From a candidate division WOR-3 bacterium (GTDB lineage: Bacteria; Hydrothermota; Tepidihabitantia; B3-TA06), in assembly GCA_965649265.1 (NCBI GenBank), contig CBFGKC010000001.1, positions 296,911 through 360,910 on the forward strand: a stretch of DNA of 64,000 nucleotides. The letters run 5' to 3'. Positions 18,154 to 26,405 of the stretch are shown here, in pieces; within the stretch, counting starts at the first letter, position 1, and every line of letters starts with the position of its first letter. The translations under genes and the position numbers were made by a program. The notes under the pieces are model-generated. The model saw only the letters and a list, made by a program, of their open reading frames with translations. It was not told the origin of the DNA and ran no database searches.

Positions 18154-19349
18154 ACAAGAAGAGACGCCGACTGGGGCTCTGGATAGGCATTGGAGCCGGA
18201 GCAGCGGTCGTCGCGCTTATAGTAATACTCAACATCATATCCAAGGGAAACAAAGCACCCGAGGTACAAACCCAGGTTATCTCCTACTCACGGATCGTAT
18301 CCACTGTTTCTGCAACCGGCGAACTGAAGGCCAAGAGCCAGGTCGACATATCTGCTGAAATGGTAGCGCGCGTTCGCAAGCTTTACGTCCAGGAAGGCGA
18401 TTTCGTCAGGCAAGGGCAGCTCTTGTGCCAGCTTGACGACGATAACAGCCGTTCGAGCCTGAATTTGTCGGAGGCGCAGTTCCAGAAAGCGCTCTCGGAG
18501 TACGAAAGGGGGAAGAAGCTCTACGCCGACAGCCTCATCTCCACCGCCCAGTTCGAGAGTCTCAAGACCTCTTACGAGGTCGCAAAGGCTCAAGTCGACC
18601 AGAGCCGCGATGCACTTTCCAAAACGAGGATCTACTCGCCCATTTCCGGCAGGATCGTCCAGCTTAACGTGAAAGAGGGGGAGACGGTCATGATGGGGAC
18701 GATGAACAACGCCGGAACGGTGATGATGACTGTCGCAGATCTTTCGGAAATGCAGGCCGACGTGGATGTTGACGAGTCCGACGTCGCATCCATAAAGATA
18801 GGCGACGAGGCCATAATCACCCTTGACGCCTTCCCGGATACATCCTTCAAGGCCAGGGTCTTCTCGATAGGTTATATGCCTACCACGACTACAACGACCA
18901 CTTCGACCACGGGCGTAACCGACTTCGAGACCGTTTTGGACATAATAGATGTCGATCCACTGCAGCGTCCGGGGATGACCGTATCCTCTCAGATTACTGC
19001 GGCGGTCCGCGACTCGGCGCTCGCCTGCCCTCTCCAGGCGGTAGGCAGGCGCGACGTTGGAGGACGCTCGGTCGAGACCGTGTTCTTGCTCGAGAACGGC
19101 AAGGCAAAGCTCGTAGAGATTGAGACTGGAATATCCGACGGCCTTTCAATTGAAATCACGAAAGGTCTTAAACCAGGTCAGAAGATAATCGCAGGTCCTT
19201 ACAAGGTTCTGAGAACCCTCAAGGACGGTGAAGAGGTCAAAACCAAGAAAGAGGAACCACAATGGCAGAAAGGCCAACCAGGGGCGCAACCGCAGCAAGA
19301 GCCAGGATCAGGGCAGCAGCGGAGCGTCCGGATCCGGATCGGTCACTGA
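18150..19349 (+). CDS. efflux periplasmic adaptor (HlyD/MacA family)
   Basis: ATGA overlap with the TolC gene. One N-terminal TM helix, then GELKAKSQVDISAE...GDFVRQGQLLCQLD, a coiled hairpin and a beta-barrel region. Confidence 0.85.
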   Translation: MNKKRRRLGLWIGIGAGAAVVALIVILNIISKGNKAPEVQTQVISYSRIVSTVSATGELKAKSQVDISAEMVARVRKLYVQEGDFVRQGQLLCQLDDDNSRSSLNLSEAQFQKALSEYERGKKLYADSLISTAQFESLKTSYEVAKAQVDQSRDALSKTRIYSPISGRIVQLNVKEGETVMMGTMNNAGTVMMTVADLSEMQADVDVDESDVASIKIGDEAIITLDAFPDTSFKARVFSIGYMPTTTTTTTSTTGVTDFETVLDIIDVDPLQRPGMTVSSQITAAVRDSALACPLQAVGRRDVGGRSVETVFLLENGKAKLVEIETGISDGLSIEITKGLKPGQKIIAGPYKVLRTLKDGEEVKTKKEEPQWQKGQPGAQPQQEPGSGQQRSVRIRIGH

Positions 19350-20005
19350 TCCGGCTCGAGGAAATCTCCAAGGTTTACGACGGCGGTAGTGTGGCCGTCA
19401 ACGCCCTCTCGGGAATTAATCTCGATATCCACAAGGGCGAATACGTGGCCATAATGGGGCCCTCGGGCTCGGGAAAATCGACCCTCATGCACATCATAGG
19501 GTGTCTGGATACCCCCACTTCCGGTCTCTATCATCTCAAGGGACAGGAGATATCGAAATACGACAACGACCAGCTTGCGCGAGTGCGTAACCGTGAGGTA
19601 GGCTTCATCTTCCAGAGCTTCAACCTTCTTCCGCGTTTGACCGCTTCACAGAACGTGGAGATTCCGCTTCTCTACTCCTCCGTTCCCACCGACGAGAGGG
19701 AGGAGAGGGTCAAAGAGATGCTTGCGAAAGTCGGGCTTGCCGACCGCGGTCATCACAGGCCGAACGCCCTTTCCGGTGGCGAATCGCAGCGCGTGGCCAT
19801 AGCCAGGGCGCTCGCAAACCACCCGTCGATAATCCTTGCAGACGAGCCTACAGGTAATCTGGACTCGAAGACTGAGGAAGAGATAATGAAACTTCTCGAC
19901 GACCTTAACGCTCAGGGTGTGACAATAATAGTCGTTACCCATGACGAGAGCGTGGCAAAGCACTCAAGGCGCATAATACGGCTGCGCGACGGGGTTATAG
20001 TATGA
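19262..20005 (+). CDS. ABC transporter ATP-binding protein (MacB/LolD type)
   Basis: Walker [10 protein letters not shown], signature LSGGESQR, Walker B ILADEPT. The canonical N-terminus [11 protein letters not shown] begins at CTG 19346, overlapping the adaptor stop, so the true start is probably near 19346 rather than the ATG at 19262. Confidence 0.9.
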   Translation: MAERPTRGATAARARIRAAAERPDPDRSLIRLEEISKVYDGGSVAVNALSGINLDIHKGEYVAIMGPSGSGKSTLMHIIGCLDTPTSGLYHLKGQEISKYDNDQLARVRNREVGFIFQSFNLLPRLTASQNVEIPLLYSSVPTDEREERVKEMLAKVGLADRGHHRPNALSGGESQRVAIARALANHPSIILADEPTGNLDSKTEEEIMKLLDDLNAQGVTIIVVTHDESVAKHSRRIIRLRDGVIV

Positions 20006-21252
20006 ACTTCTTTTCCCAGCTCAAGATGGCCACTGTTTCGCTTCGTTACAACAAGAGCCGTTCGTTTCTCACGACCCTCGGGATAATCATCGGCGTTATG
20101 ACCGTTATTGCCATCCTCTCCCTTCTTCAGGCGCTCAACAACAAAATCACGAGCGAGTTTTCCGCTCTCGGTACAAACACCATCTATATTCAAAAAATGG
20201 AATGGATGATGGGGGGGCCAGGCCGCAGGCCCGATTTTGACGAGATTCGCAAACGTCCCAATTTCAAGATCGAGGATGCGGAGTCGCTTTCAAAGCTCTC
20301 CACCGTTCAGGTGGCGGTTCCGGTAATCTCGAGAGACGTGGGTACTCTAAAGAGATTCGGCAGCGAGGCCGATAACTGCGAGCTTGAAGGTACTACCGAG
20401 GGCGCGGACCTGACCGAGAACCTTGTGCTGGCAGAGGGCCGTTTCATCAATCGCGACGACGCCATTCACCGCAGGATGGTCTGCGTCATAGGCTCCTACA
20501 TCGCCGATAATCTTTTCGGCACTGAAGACCCGATCGGCAAGACGCTTGACGTCGACAACCACCGCTACCTTATAGTCGGCACGCTTGAAGAAAAGGGTGC
20601 CATGTTCGGCTCGAGCATGGATAACAGGGTTATCGTACCCATCACGACTTATCTCAAGTACAGTCCGCAGCCCCGTGGATTCCAGGCGGTTTTCGGCGGT
20701 ATCTCGATTGAGGTGCTGCCCAAGAAGAGCGTCAACATGGATAAAGCCCTCGAAGACGTGGAGGAGAGGATGCGGCTGATACGTGGTTTGCGCTATGACC
20801 AGGACGACAACTTCGGGCTCAACACCCAGCAGATGCTTCTCACGTCGGTCAAGAGCATCACGAGCGTAGCGTGGCTCGTGATGGTCGGCGTTGCGGCCAT
20901 CTCCCTCATAGTCGGCGGCATCGGGATCATGAACACCATGCTCGTTTCCGTTGCCGAACGCACCAGGGAGATAGGTATTCGCAAATCCGTAGGGGCGCGG
21001 GACGTGGACATCCTGTGGCAGTTCCTGCTCGAATCGGTGGTGCTTTCCATGCTGGGCGGGGCGATAGGAATAGTACTCGGCCTTGGAATTGCCCTTCTTG
21101 CCTCGGGGCTTTTTAAACTCGAAGCTACTGCTCCCTGGTGGACAATAATCCTGGGCTTCGGTTTCTCCGCGGCGGTAGGTATCTTCTTCGGCATCTACCC
21201 GGCGCAGAAGGCGGCAAAGCTCAACCCCATAAACGCCATTCGCTACGAGTAA
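20002..21252 (+). CDS. ABC transporter permease (MacB/FtsX family)
   Basis: ATGA overlap. N-terminal TM helix, large periplasmic domain, and a C-terminal FtsX-type 3-TM region with REIGIRKSVGA. Confidence 0.9.
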   Translation: MNFFSQLKMATVSLRYNKSRSFLTTLGIIIGVMTVIAILSLLQALNNKITSEFSALGTNTIYIQKMEWMMGGPGRRPDFDEIRKRPNFKIEDAESLSKLSTVQVAVPVISRDVGTLKRFGSEADNCELEGTTEGADLTENLVLAEGRFINRDDAIHRRMVCVIGSYIADNLFGTEDPIGKTLDVDNHRYLIVGTLEEKGAMFGSSMDNRVIVPITTYLKYSPQPRGFQAVFGGISIEVLPKKSVNMDKALEDVEERMRLIRGLRYDQDDNFGLNTQQMLLTSVKSITSVAWLVMVGVAAISLIVGGIGIMNTMLVSVAERTREIGIRKSVGARDVDILWQFLLESVVLSMLGGAIGIVLGLGIALLASGLFKLEATAPWWTIILGFGFSAAVGIFFGIYPAQKAAKLNPINAIRYE

Positions 21253-21486
21253 TGCCGCTCAGGAAGTAGTCCTGTATAATCAATAACCCGTTGTACCGTC
21301 CGCGGCGCCGAGGGAATGCTCCAGGTCCGGCTCCTATTTGGTGAAGATTGATTTAGCAAGGTCGGCGGGTAACCCCGGCCCATTTCGAATCCATGTGCCA
21401 CAATTCTTTATTTCGTAAGAATGTCCGCAAAGATCACCTTCAATCGAACCAGGGGGGAGGGGGGCTGTTTTAGGTCAGGTAAGTTG

Positions 21487-22425
21487 TTAAAAGGCGAGTC
21501 TGGACTTCTTTTTGTCCGCCGGCGGTGCCGCCTTCTTCTCCTCGGACTTTGGCTGTTCCACGGGCTGCGGCTTAGGCTGAGATTTCTCCTCGACTCTGGG
21601 CTGAGGTTTTTGTTCTTCGGGCTTCGATTGCGGCTGCGGCTCGATTCTCGGCGGCTGTGTCGTGGTTACCGTTTCCTGGACAGGTTTGGGTTTCGGCTGC
21701 TCTATCTGGGCGCCGCCTGCCCTCAGGCGCTGCTCGTTCAGCTCAAGAATCTGACCTTCTAGCTCGTGAATTCGGCGCTCCAGTGCAGAAATCTTGGCTC
21801 CTATGGCCGGCGAATTCTTCAACTCCTCCCACGTCTTCTGTTCGAGCTGCCCCTCCATGGCCTTAAGTTCGTCGTGCTTCAGCTTGACCCTGTCTCTATC
21901 TTCCCTTAGCTCCGCGATCTCGCGCTCGAGATGAGTTTTTTCCTTGATGGCCATCTCCATCGCTGAGTGCTCGCGCCTCAAGTATTCTAAACGCTTGTTG
22001 ATGTCCTGTTCCTCCCTCTCAAGGGTTCGGAGCTTGGCCTCGGTCATGGAGAGCTCGCGCCGCCGCTTCTCGACCGTTTCCTGTGAGATGTAGTCGGGAT
22101 GACCGGGTGCTATGGTTCCTTCGGGCGGTTTCGTACGGCGTATGACTTCGTTTTCCACAAGGCTACCTTGATCTTTAATATCATCCTTGCCTTTTGCAGC
22201 CTCGCCGCGATCCATTTTTTCCCAAACTGTCTTCTGGTCCACGGGAGGTTTCTTCTCAGGTTCCTTACGTGGTTCCGTTGAACTCATCTTGCCGAATTTG
22301 CGTTCTAGCTCCTTAAGCTTTTCCAGGTCCTCCGGATTTGCCTGTACTTCCTTCTTCTCCTCGGGCTGTTTCTCCGGTTTCTTCTCCGGCAGCTCTTTTT
22401 CGTTCTTTGGTGTAAATTTCGGCAT
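21487..22425 (-). CDS. coiled-coil protein with Lys/Glu/Pro-rich low-complexity termini
   Basis: 312-aa ORF with PEKKPEKQPEEKKE at the N-terminus, central heptad-like ELSMTEAKLRTLEREEQDINKRLEYL..., and QPKPKP/EEQKPQPR at the C-terminus. No TM segment. Confidence 0.55.
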   Translation of the reverse strand: MPKFTPKNEKELPEKKPEKQPEEKKEVQANPEDLEKLKELERKFGKMSSTEPRKEPEKKPPVDQKTVWEKMDRGEAAKGKDDIKDQGSLVENEVIRRTKPPEGTIAPGHPDYISQETVEKRRRELSMTEAKLRTLEREEQDINKRLEYLRREHSAMEMAIKEKTHLEREIAELREDRDRVKLKHDELKAMEGQLEQKTWEELKNSPAIGAKISALERRIHELEGQILELNEQRLRAGGAQIEQPKPKPVQETVTTTQPPRIEPQPQSKPEEQKPQPRVEEKSQPKPQPVEQPKSEEKKAAPPADKKKSRLAF

Positions 22426-22431
22426 ACTTAT

Positions 22432-22459
22432 AGAATAGTGATAAATCGGCGATAGTCAA
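22432..22459 (-). promoter_or_regulatory. sigma70-like promoter TTGACT-N16-TATTCT, 6 nt before the ATG at 22425 (leaderless)
   Basis: Minus strand reads cTTGACTatcgccgatttatcacTATTCTataagtATG. Confidence 0.5.
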
Positions 22460-22536
22460 GAGGGTGCAGACAAGCAACGCAACTTTTTATAAAATTCCTA
22501 ATCCTGAAAACCAACTCGCTCGAATTGGTGAAAAGG

Positions 22537-22564
22537 TTGCATGACATGCAGATATACGTAAACT
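22537..22564 (+). promoter_or_regulatory. sigma70-like promoter TTGCAT-N16-TAAACT, 5 nt before the ATG at 22570 (leaderless)
   Basis: Plus strand reads gTTGCATgacatgcagatatacgTAAACTaatcaATG. Confidence 0.45.
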
Positions 22565-22569
22565 AATCA

Positions 22570-23961
22570 ATGTCAGTTCAAATAAAGTTCCTCGGGGCTG
22601 CGGGAAGCGTTACAGGCTCCAAGTTTATCCTCCGCACAAAAAAAGAGTCTCTTCTGACCGAATTCGGGCTGGTCCAGGGGCATCGTAAACAGGCGTTCGA
22701 GGAAAACAGCACCGTCTCTCAGGAAGCCCTGAAGACCGGCGCCATGCTGCTTTCTCACGCCCACCTTGACCATTCGGGGAACATCCCGAGGCTCGTAAGC
22801 CACGGATACAAGAGGACCATTTACGCGACTGGCGGCACAATTGACCTTGCGAAAATAATGCTTCTTGACTCCGCCGAGATCCAGACGCGCGACGTTGAGT
22901 ACGTCAACAAGAAGAACCTTAAGCGAGGCGAGCCTCCGGTGGAGCCTCTTTACACCACAGAGGACGTCGAAGCCGCGCTCGAGAGCTTTTCGGCCCTGCA
23001 ATACCGCGCAAGCTCCGAGATCCTTCCGGGAATCGCCGCAACTCTTTACGACGCCGGACATATTCTGGGCTCCGCCCAGATTCTATACGAGACAGAAGGT
23101 CAAAGAATACTTTTCACGGGTGACCTTGGCCGCTCGAACCTGCCCGTAGTGCGCGATCCGGAGCACGTTCCTTCTCCCGATATCATCATTTGCGAATCCA
23201 CTTACGGCAATCGTGTTCACAAGCCGCTCGCCGAGGCAAAAGAGCGGCTGGCTGAAATCCTCGTTCGTGCATGCAGCAGAAGAGCAAAGATCCTGGTGCC
23301 GGCGTTCGCCGTCGGGCGAACCCAGTCCCTCGTGCTGGTCATGCACGAGTTGATGGATGAGGGAAGGCTGCCGGCGATGCCTTTTTGGGTCGATTCGCCT
23401 CTTTCCCTCGAGGCCACGCAGGTCTTCGAGAGACATCCGGAATGCTTTGACGCGGAAACTGCCGACTTCCTCAAGAGAAGAGAAGATCCGTTCGGATTCT
23501 CGAGACTCAAGTACGTGAAGACGGTCGATGAATCAAAGGCTCTCAACGAAATCGAGGGACCTTGCGTCATTATAGCCTCTTCAGGAATGTGCGAAGGAGG
23601 CCGGGTTGTTCACCACCTTAAGAAAATAATACCCGATTCGAATAATCTCCTTCTCCTCACCGGACACCAGGCCGAGGGGACACTCGGAAGGCGCATATTG
23701 GAAGGTGCCGAAATTGTTCGCCTCTTCGGGGAGGAGTATCCCTTGAACTGTGAGGTCGAGGTTCTTAACGAATACTCCGCGCACGCGGATAAAAACGACC
23801 TCCTCAATTTTTTCAAGGGGTACGACCCGGGAAAGGTCAAACAGGTCTTTCTCGTGCACGGCGAAGCCGATCAGAGCGAGGCTCTCGCGCTTTCCCTCGC
23901 CGAACTCGGTTACTCGTACGTGACTGTTCCCACGGTCGGAAAGGATTATGAAATCGCCTGA
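22570..23961 (+). CDS. MBL-fold beta-CASP family RNA-metabolising hydrolase
   Basis: HAHLDHSGNIP (HxHxDH), later AGHILGSA, and ESTYG...VPAFAVGRTQ, typical of beta-CASP. C-terminal HGE motif. Confidence 0.85.
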   Translation: MSVQIKFLGAAGSVTGSKFILRTKKESLLTEFGLVQGHRKQAFEENSTVSQEALKTGAMLLSHAHLDHSGNIPRLVSHGYKRTIYATGGTIDLAKIMLLDSAEIQTRDVEYVNKKNLKRGEPPVEPLYTTEDVEAALESFSALQYRASSEILPGIAATLYDAGHILGSAQILYETEGQRILFTGDLGRSNLPVVRDPEHVPSPDIIICESTYGNRVHKPLAEAKERLAEILVRACSRRAKILVPAFAVGRTQSLVLVMHELMDEGRLPAMPFWVDSPLSLEATQVFERHPECFDAETADFLKRREDPFGFSRLKYVKTVDESKALNEIEGPCVIIASSGMCEGGRVVHHLKKIIPDSNNLLLLTGHQAEGTLGRRILEGAEIVRLFGEEYPLNCEVEVLNEYSAHADKNDLLNFFKGYDPGKVKQVFLVHGEADQSEALALSLAELGYSYVTVPTVGKDYEIA

Positions 23962-24886
23962 AGAAAAGAAAGACCCCCTCCTGGAGGAGTTTCTGAACTA
24001 TCTCACCGCAGAGAGGGGGTTATCCGCGAACTCCACCGAGGCCTACGCAAGGGATCTCGTGCAGTTCGGGACTTTCCTTCAGAGTGCAGGCTCCTCATTC
24101 CGCGCGGTGACGTCCGGCACAATCAGGCAGTATCTCGGACGTATGGACGAGGCCGGTCTCGAGCCGCGATCGGCGGCGCGTAAGCTCTCCGCCATCCGCA
24201 TGTTCCTGCGTTATCTCAACGACACCGGAAAGATAGCGGGCGACCCTGGCGAAAACGTGTCCGGACCGCGCCTTGGCCGAAAGCTGCCCGAAGTCCTTTC
24301 CCCTGAAGAGGTGGAAAGAATCCTGGCCGCCGCACAGCGCTCTCAGGCGTCCTCGAAGAGTGAGAAAGCCACGGCGCTTGCCGCGCGCGACTGGGCGATG
24401 CTCGAGGTCATCTACGGTGCCGGCCTTCGCATTTCCGAACTCACCGGCCTGCATCTGGGAGACTTGTATCTTGCAGACGGATTCATACGCGTGATCGGTA
24501 AGGGCGATAAGGAAAGGGTGGTGCCTCTTGGTGAGCCGGCAATTCGCTCGCTCAGACGCTACATCGATACCGCAAGGTCTTCGCTCACCACGGCAAAGGG
24601 CGGGGTACGCGATATCGTATTCCTCAATACCCGCGGGTCGGGGCTTTCCAGAATGGGCGCATGGAAGATAATTCGTTTCTACGTTCAGGCAGCCGGGATA
24701 AAGTCCCACGTTACCCCGCACACGTTTCGCCACTCGTTCGCGACGCACCTCCTTGAGGGAGGCGCGGACCTTCGCGCCGTGCAGGAGATGCTTGGACATT
24801 CGAGCATCACGACTACCGAAATCTACACTCATGTGGATCGTTCGTATCTTCGCGAGGTCTACAGAAGTTTTCACCCCAGGGCATAA
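23948..24886 (+). CDS. xerD: site-specific tyrosine recombinase XerD
   Basis: LEEFLNYLTAERGLSANSTEAYARDL at the N-terminus. Catalytic region GLRISEL...HTFRHSFATHLLEGGADLRAVQEMLGHSSITTTEIYTHV. Confidence 0.88.
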   Translation: MKSPEEKKDPLLEEFLNYLTAERGLSANSTEAYARDLVQFGTFLQSAGSSFRAVTSGTIRQYLGRMDEAGLEPRSAARKLSAIRMFLRYLNDTGKIAGDPGENVSGPRLGRKLPEVLSPEEVERILAAAQRSQASSKSEKATALAARDWAMLEVIYGAGLRISELTGLHLGDLYLADGFIRVIGKGDKERVVPLGEPAIRSLRRYIDTARSSLTTAKGGVRDIVFLNTRGSGLSRMGAWKIIRFYVQAAGIKSHVTPHTFRHSFATHLLEGGADLRAVQEMLGHSSITTTEIYTHVDRSYLREVYRSFHPRA

Positions 24887-24898
24887 GGTTTCTCTGTC

Positions 24899-25273
24899 AT
24901 GAGCGGATTTCTTACCGACGACGAATTCGACTCCATCGTCCGAGAAGTAATAGAAGGCCTTCCGCAGGAGTTCAGGGACGCGCTTGACGAACGCAACATA
25001 GTCATAGCCGTGAAAGATATGCCCGACAGTGCCGACCCTCCCGACTTCATGCGAGGAAGGGTTCTGGGATTCTACCACGGAGTTCCGCTGCGTCGGAGGG
25101 GAGGGGACGGTCACGCCTTGTGGCCCGACAGGATAGTCATCTACAAATCCCTGATCGAACGCTACTCATCCACCCCCGACCAGGCGCGAGAGCTGCTGCG
25201 CCGCGTGGTCTTCCACGAGATAGGGCACTTCTTCGGCCTCTCGGACGAGGAGCTGCGCCGACTGGGATACTGA
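24899..25273 (+). CDS. zincin-like metallopeptidase family protein (DUF1025-like)
   Basis: C-terminal VVFHEIGHFFGLSDEEL (HExxH). Confidence 0.7.
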   Translation: MSGFLTDDEFDSIVREVIEGLPQEFRDALDERNIVIAVKDMPDSADPPDFMRGRVLGFYHGVPLRRRGGDGHALWPDRIVIYKSLIERYSSTPDQARELLRRVVFHEIGHFFGLSDEELRRLGY

Positions 25274-25279
25274 TAAATC

Positions 25280-25308
25280 CCCGGAAAATCAACCGGTGAT
25301 TTTCCGGG
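25280..25308 (+). terminator. hairpin after 24899..25273
   Basis: cccggaaaatca-accgg-tgattttccggg is a 12-bp perfect stem with no strong U-tract. Confidence 0.45.
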
Positions 25309-25490
25309 AACCCCTGATCTTGCACAAAAAAGGCGTCGCATCTTGATGGGATCTCTATCTTAACACCCTATAAATAATGCGCCTGAATCTCGATTTAAAT
25401 TGGGTCGATTATCATCCGAAAAGAGATTGACAAATCCACTGGAACAACATATCATCGTCAGCTGTCATTTTCCATCAAGGAGGTTCGCAG

Positions 25491-25973
25491 ATGAAATTAA
25501 TCTTCAGGTATCGAATCCTAATTTTACTCGTCCTGTTCTTTGTTGCGCCGTTCATCGTAAGGGCCGAATCGGCTTCATACAAAATAGCTTCTGTTAAGGC
25601 GTATCTTTTCTACAACCACTCCGGTTCTTTCTCCGAGAACGTAATAGACAATCCCGATTTCGTCTTCTGGAACGCGATAATCGGTGAGGGATCGGCAAAA
25701 GAGCCGTCGGACGCCGTCTTTGTAGACGTGGAGATCGAGGGACCTCCGGGTTCCTATGAATCAAGAAACATCCAACTTGAAGTTTCCGAGGCCGGGCAGG
25801 CTGTCCTTAAAAAGTCACTTGATATCGGTATTCTGAGTGATGAGGGGAGTTACCACGCCGGTTTCTGGCTTTACGAAACCGGATGCGCTCCGGTAAAACT
25901 TATCGTGAAAATCCTGGGCCAGGACGAGGAAGAGAAGATAGTAAAAGAAATACCTTTTGCCTGTGGGGAATAA
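25491..25973 (+). CDS. hypothetical secreted protein
   Basis: RBS aAGGAGGttcgcag. Signal peptide MKLIFRYRILILLVLFFVAPFIVRA. Confidence 0.55.
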   Translation: MKLIFRYRILILLVLFFVAPFIVRAESASYKIASVKAYLFYNHSGSFSENVIDNPDFVFWNAIIGEGSAKEPSDAVFVDVEIEGPPGSYESRNIQLEVSEAGQAVLKKSLDIGILSDEGSYHAGFWLYETGCAPVKLIVKILGQDEEEKIVKEIPFACGE

Positions 25974-25981
25974 ATGAACCT

Positions 25982-26010
25982 CCATAAAAAATGCAGGGCA
26001 TTTTTTATGG
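25982..26010 (+). terminator. hairpin after 25491..25973
   Basis: ccataaaaaatg-caggg-cattttttatgg is a 12-bp perfect stem. Confidence 0.4.
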
Positions 26011-26061
26011 GAGACCCCAATTTAAACTCCGTCAAAACACGTAGTGTTTTGGCGGAGAGCA

Positions 26062-26100
26062 TAAAAAAATCCCGCGAATCGAGTAATCACGACTCGCGGG
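26062..26100 (-). terminator. intrinsic terminator of tRNA-Leu
   Basis: Minus strand has a cccgcgagtcg...cgattcgcggg hairpin followed by attttttta. Confidence 0.6.
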
Positions 26101-26107
26101 AATAAAG

Positions 26108-26189
26108 TGCCGGGGGCGGGATTTGAACCCGCACGGAGTTACCCATACGCCCCTCAAACGTACGTGTCTGCCATTTTCACCACCCCGGC
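26108..26189 (-). tRNA. tRNA-Leu (anticodon GAG)
   Basis: Reverse complement GCCGGGGTGGTGAAAATGGCAGACACGTACGTTTGAGGGGCGTATGGGTAACTCCGTGCGGGTTCAAATCCCGCCCCCGGCA. It has a 7-bp acceptor stem, anticodon stem TACGT/GCGTA with loop TTGAGGG, a long variable arm, and T-arm GCGGG-TTCAAAT-CCCGC. Confidence 0.9.
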
Positions 26190-26199
26190 GTCGGACGTA

Positions 26200-26227
26200 A
26201 ATATAACCAGGAGGAGCCAAAAGTCAA
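26200..26227 (-). promoter_or_regulatory. sigma70-like promoter of tRNA-Leu (TTGACT-N16-TATATT)
   Basis: Minus strand reads gcTTGACTtttggctcctcctggtTATATTtacgtccgacGCCGGGG. Confidence 0.6.
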
Positions 26228-26266
26228 GCCCTTATGAACGACGTCCGGCCTCTCAGAGCCAAGCCC

Positions 26267-26308
26267 CTTGACAACATCCAGAAGAGAAGTATGCTTTGAT
26301 ATTAAGAA
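26267..26308 (+). repeat. 42-bp direct repeat, copy A (contains promoter TTGACA-N16-TATGCT)
   Basis: cttgacaacatccagaagagaagtatgctttgatattaagaa is identical to 28582..28623. Confidence 0.95.
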
Positions 26309-26405
26309 TTCGAGTTAACATAGAAGGGAGGTGATAAGTACATCACCCAAACAACAAACAATGAGGAGGGCTAAATAAAGAAGAAGGAGTGAAAGGAGAA
26401 ATTCA

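Noticed and set aside
18881-18910. Thr-run (TTTTTTSTTG) in the MacA-like adaptor, encoded by an ACN repeat.
   Set aside because: It is a short low-complexity linker inside an otherwise normal adaptor protein, with no evidence of functional or variable significance.
21421-21762. 113-aa Leu/Arg-rich ORF (RLRLRFLL...).
   Set aside because: It is the antisense frame of the Lys/Glu/Pro-rich coiled-coil gene, and its low complexity mirrors that gene.
23948-24886. Considered whether the tyrosine recombinase marks an integrated mobile element.
   Set aside because: It has full XerD-type N- and C-terminal signatures and is embedded between housekeeping genes with overlapping reading frames. There are no flanking repeats and no phage or plasmid genes.
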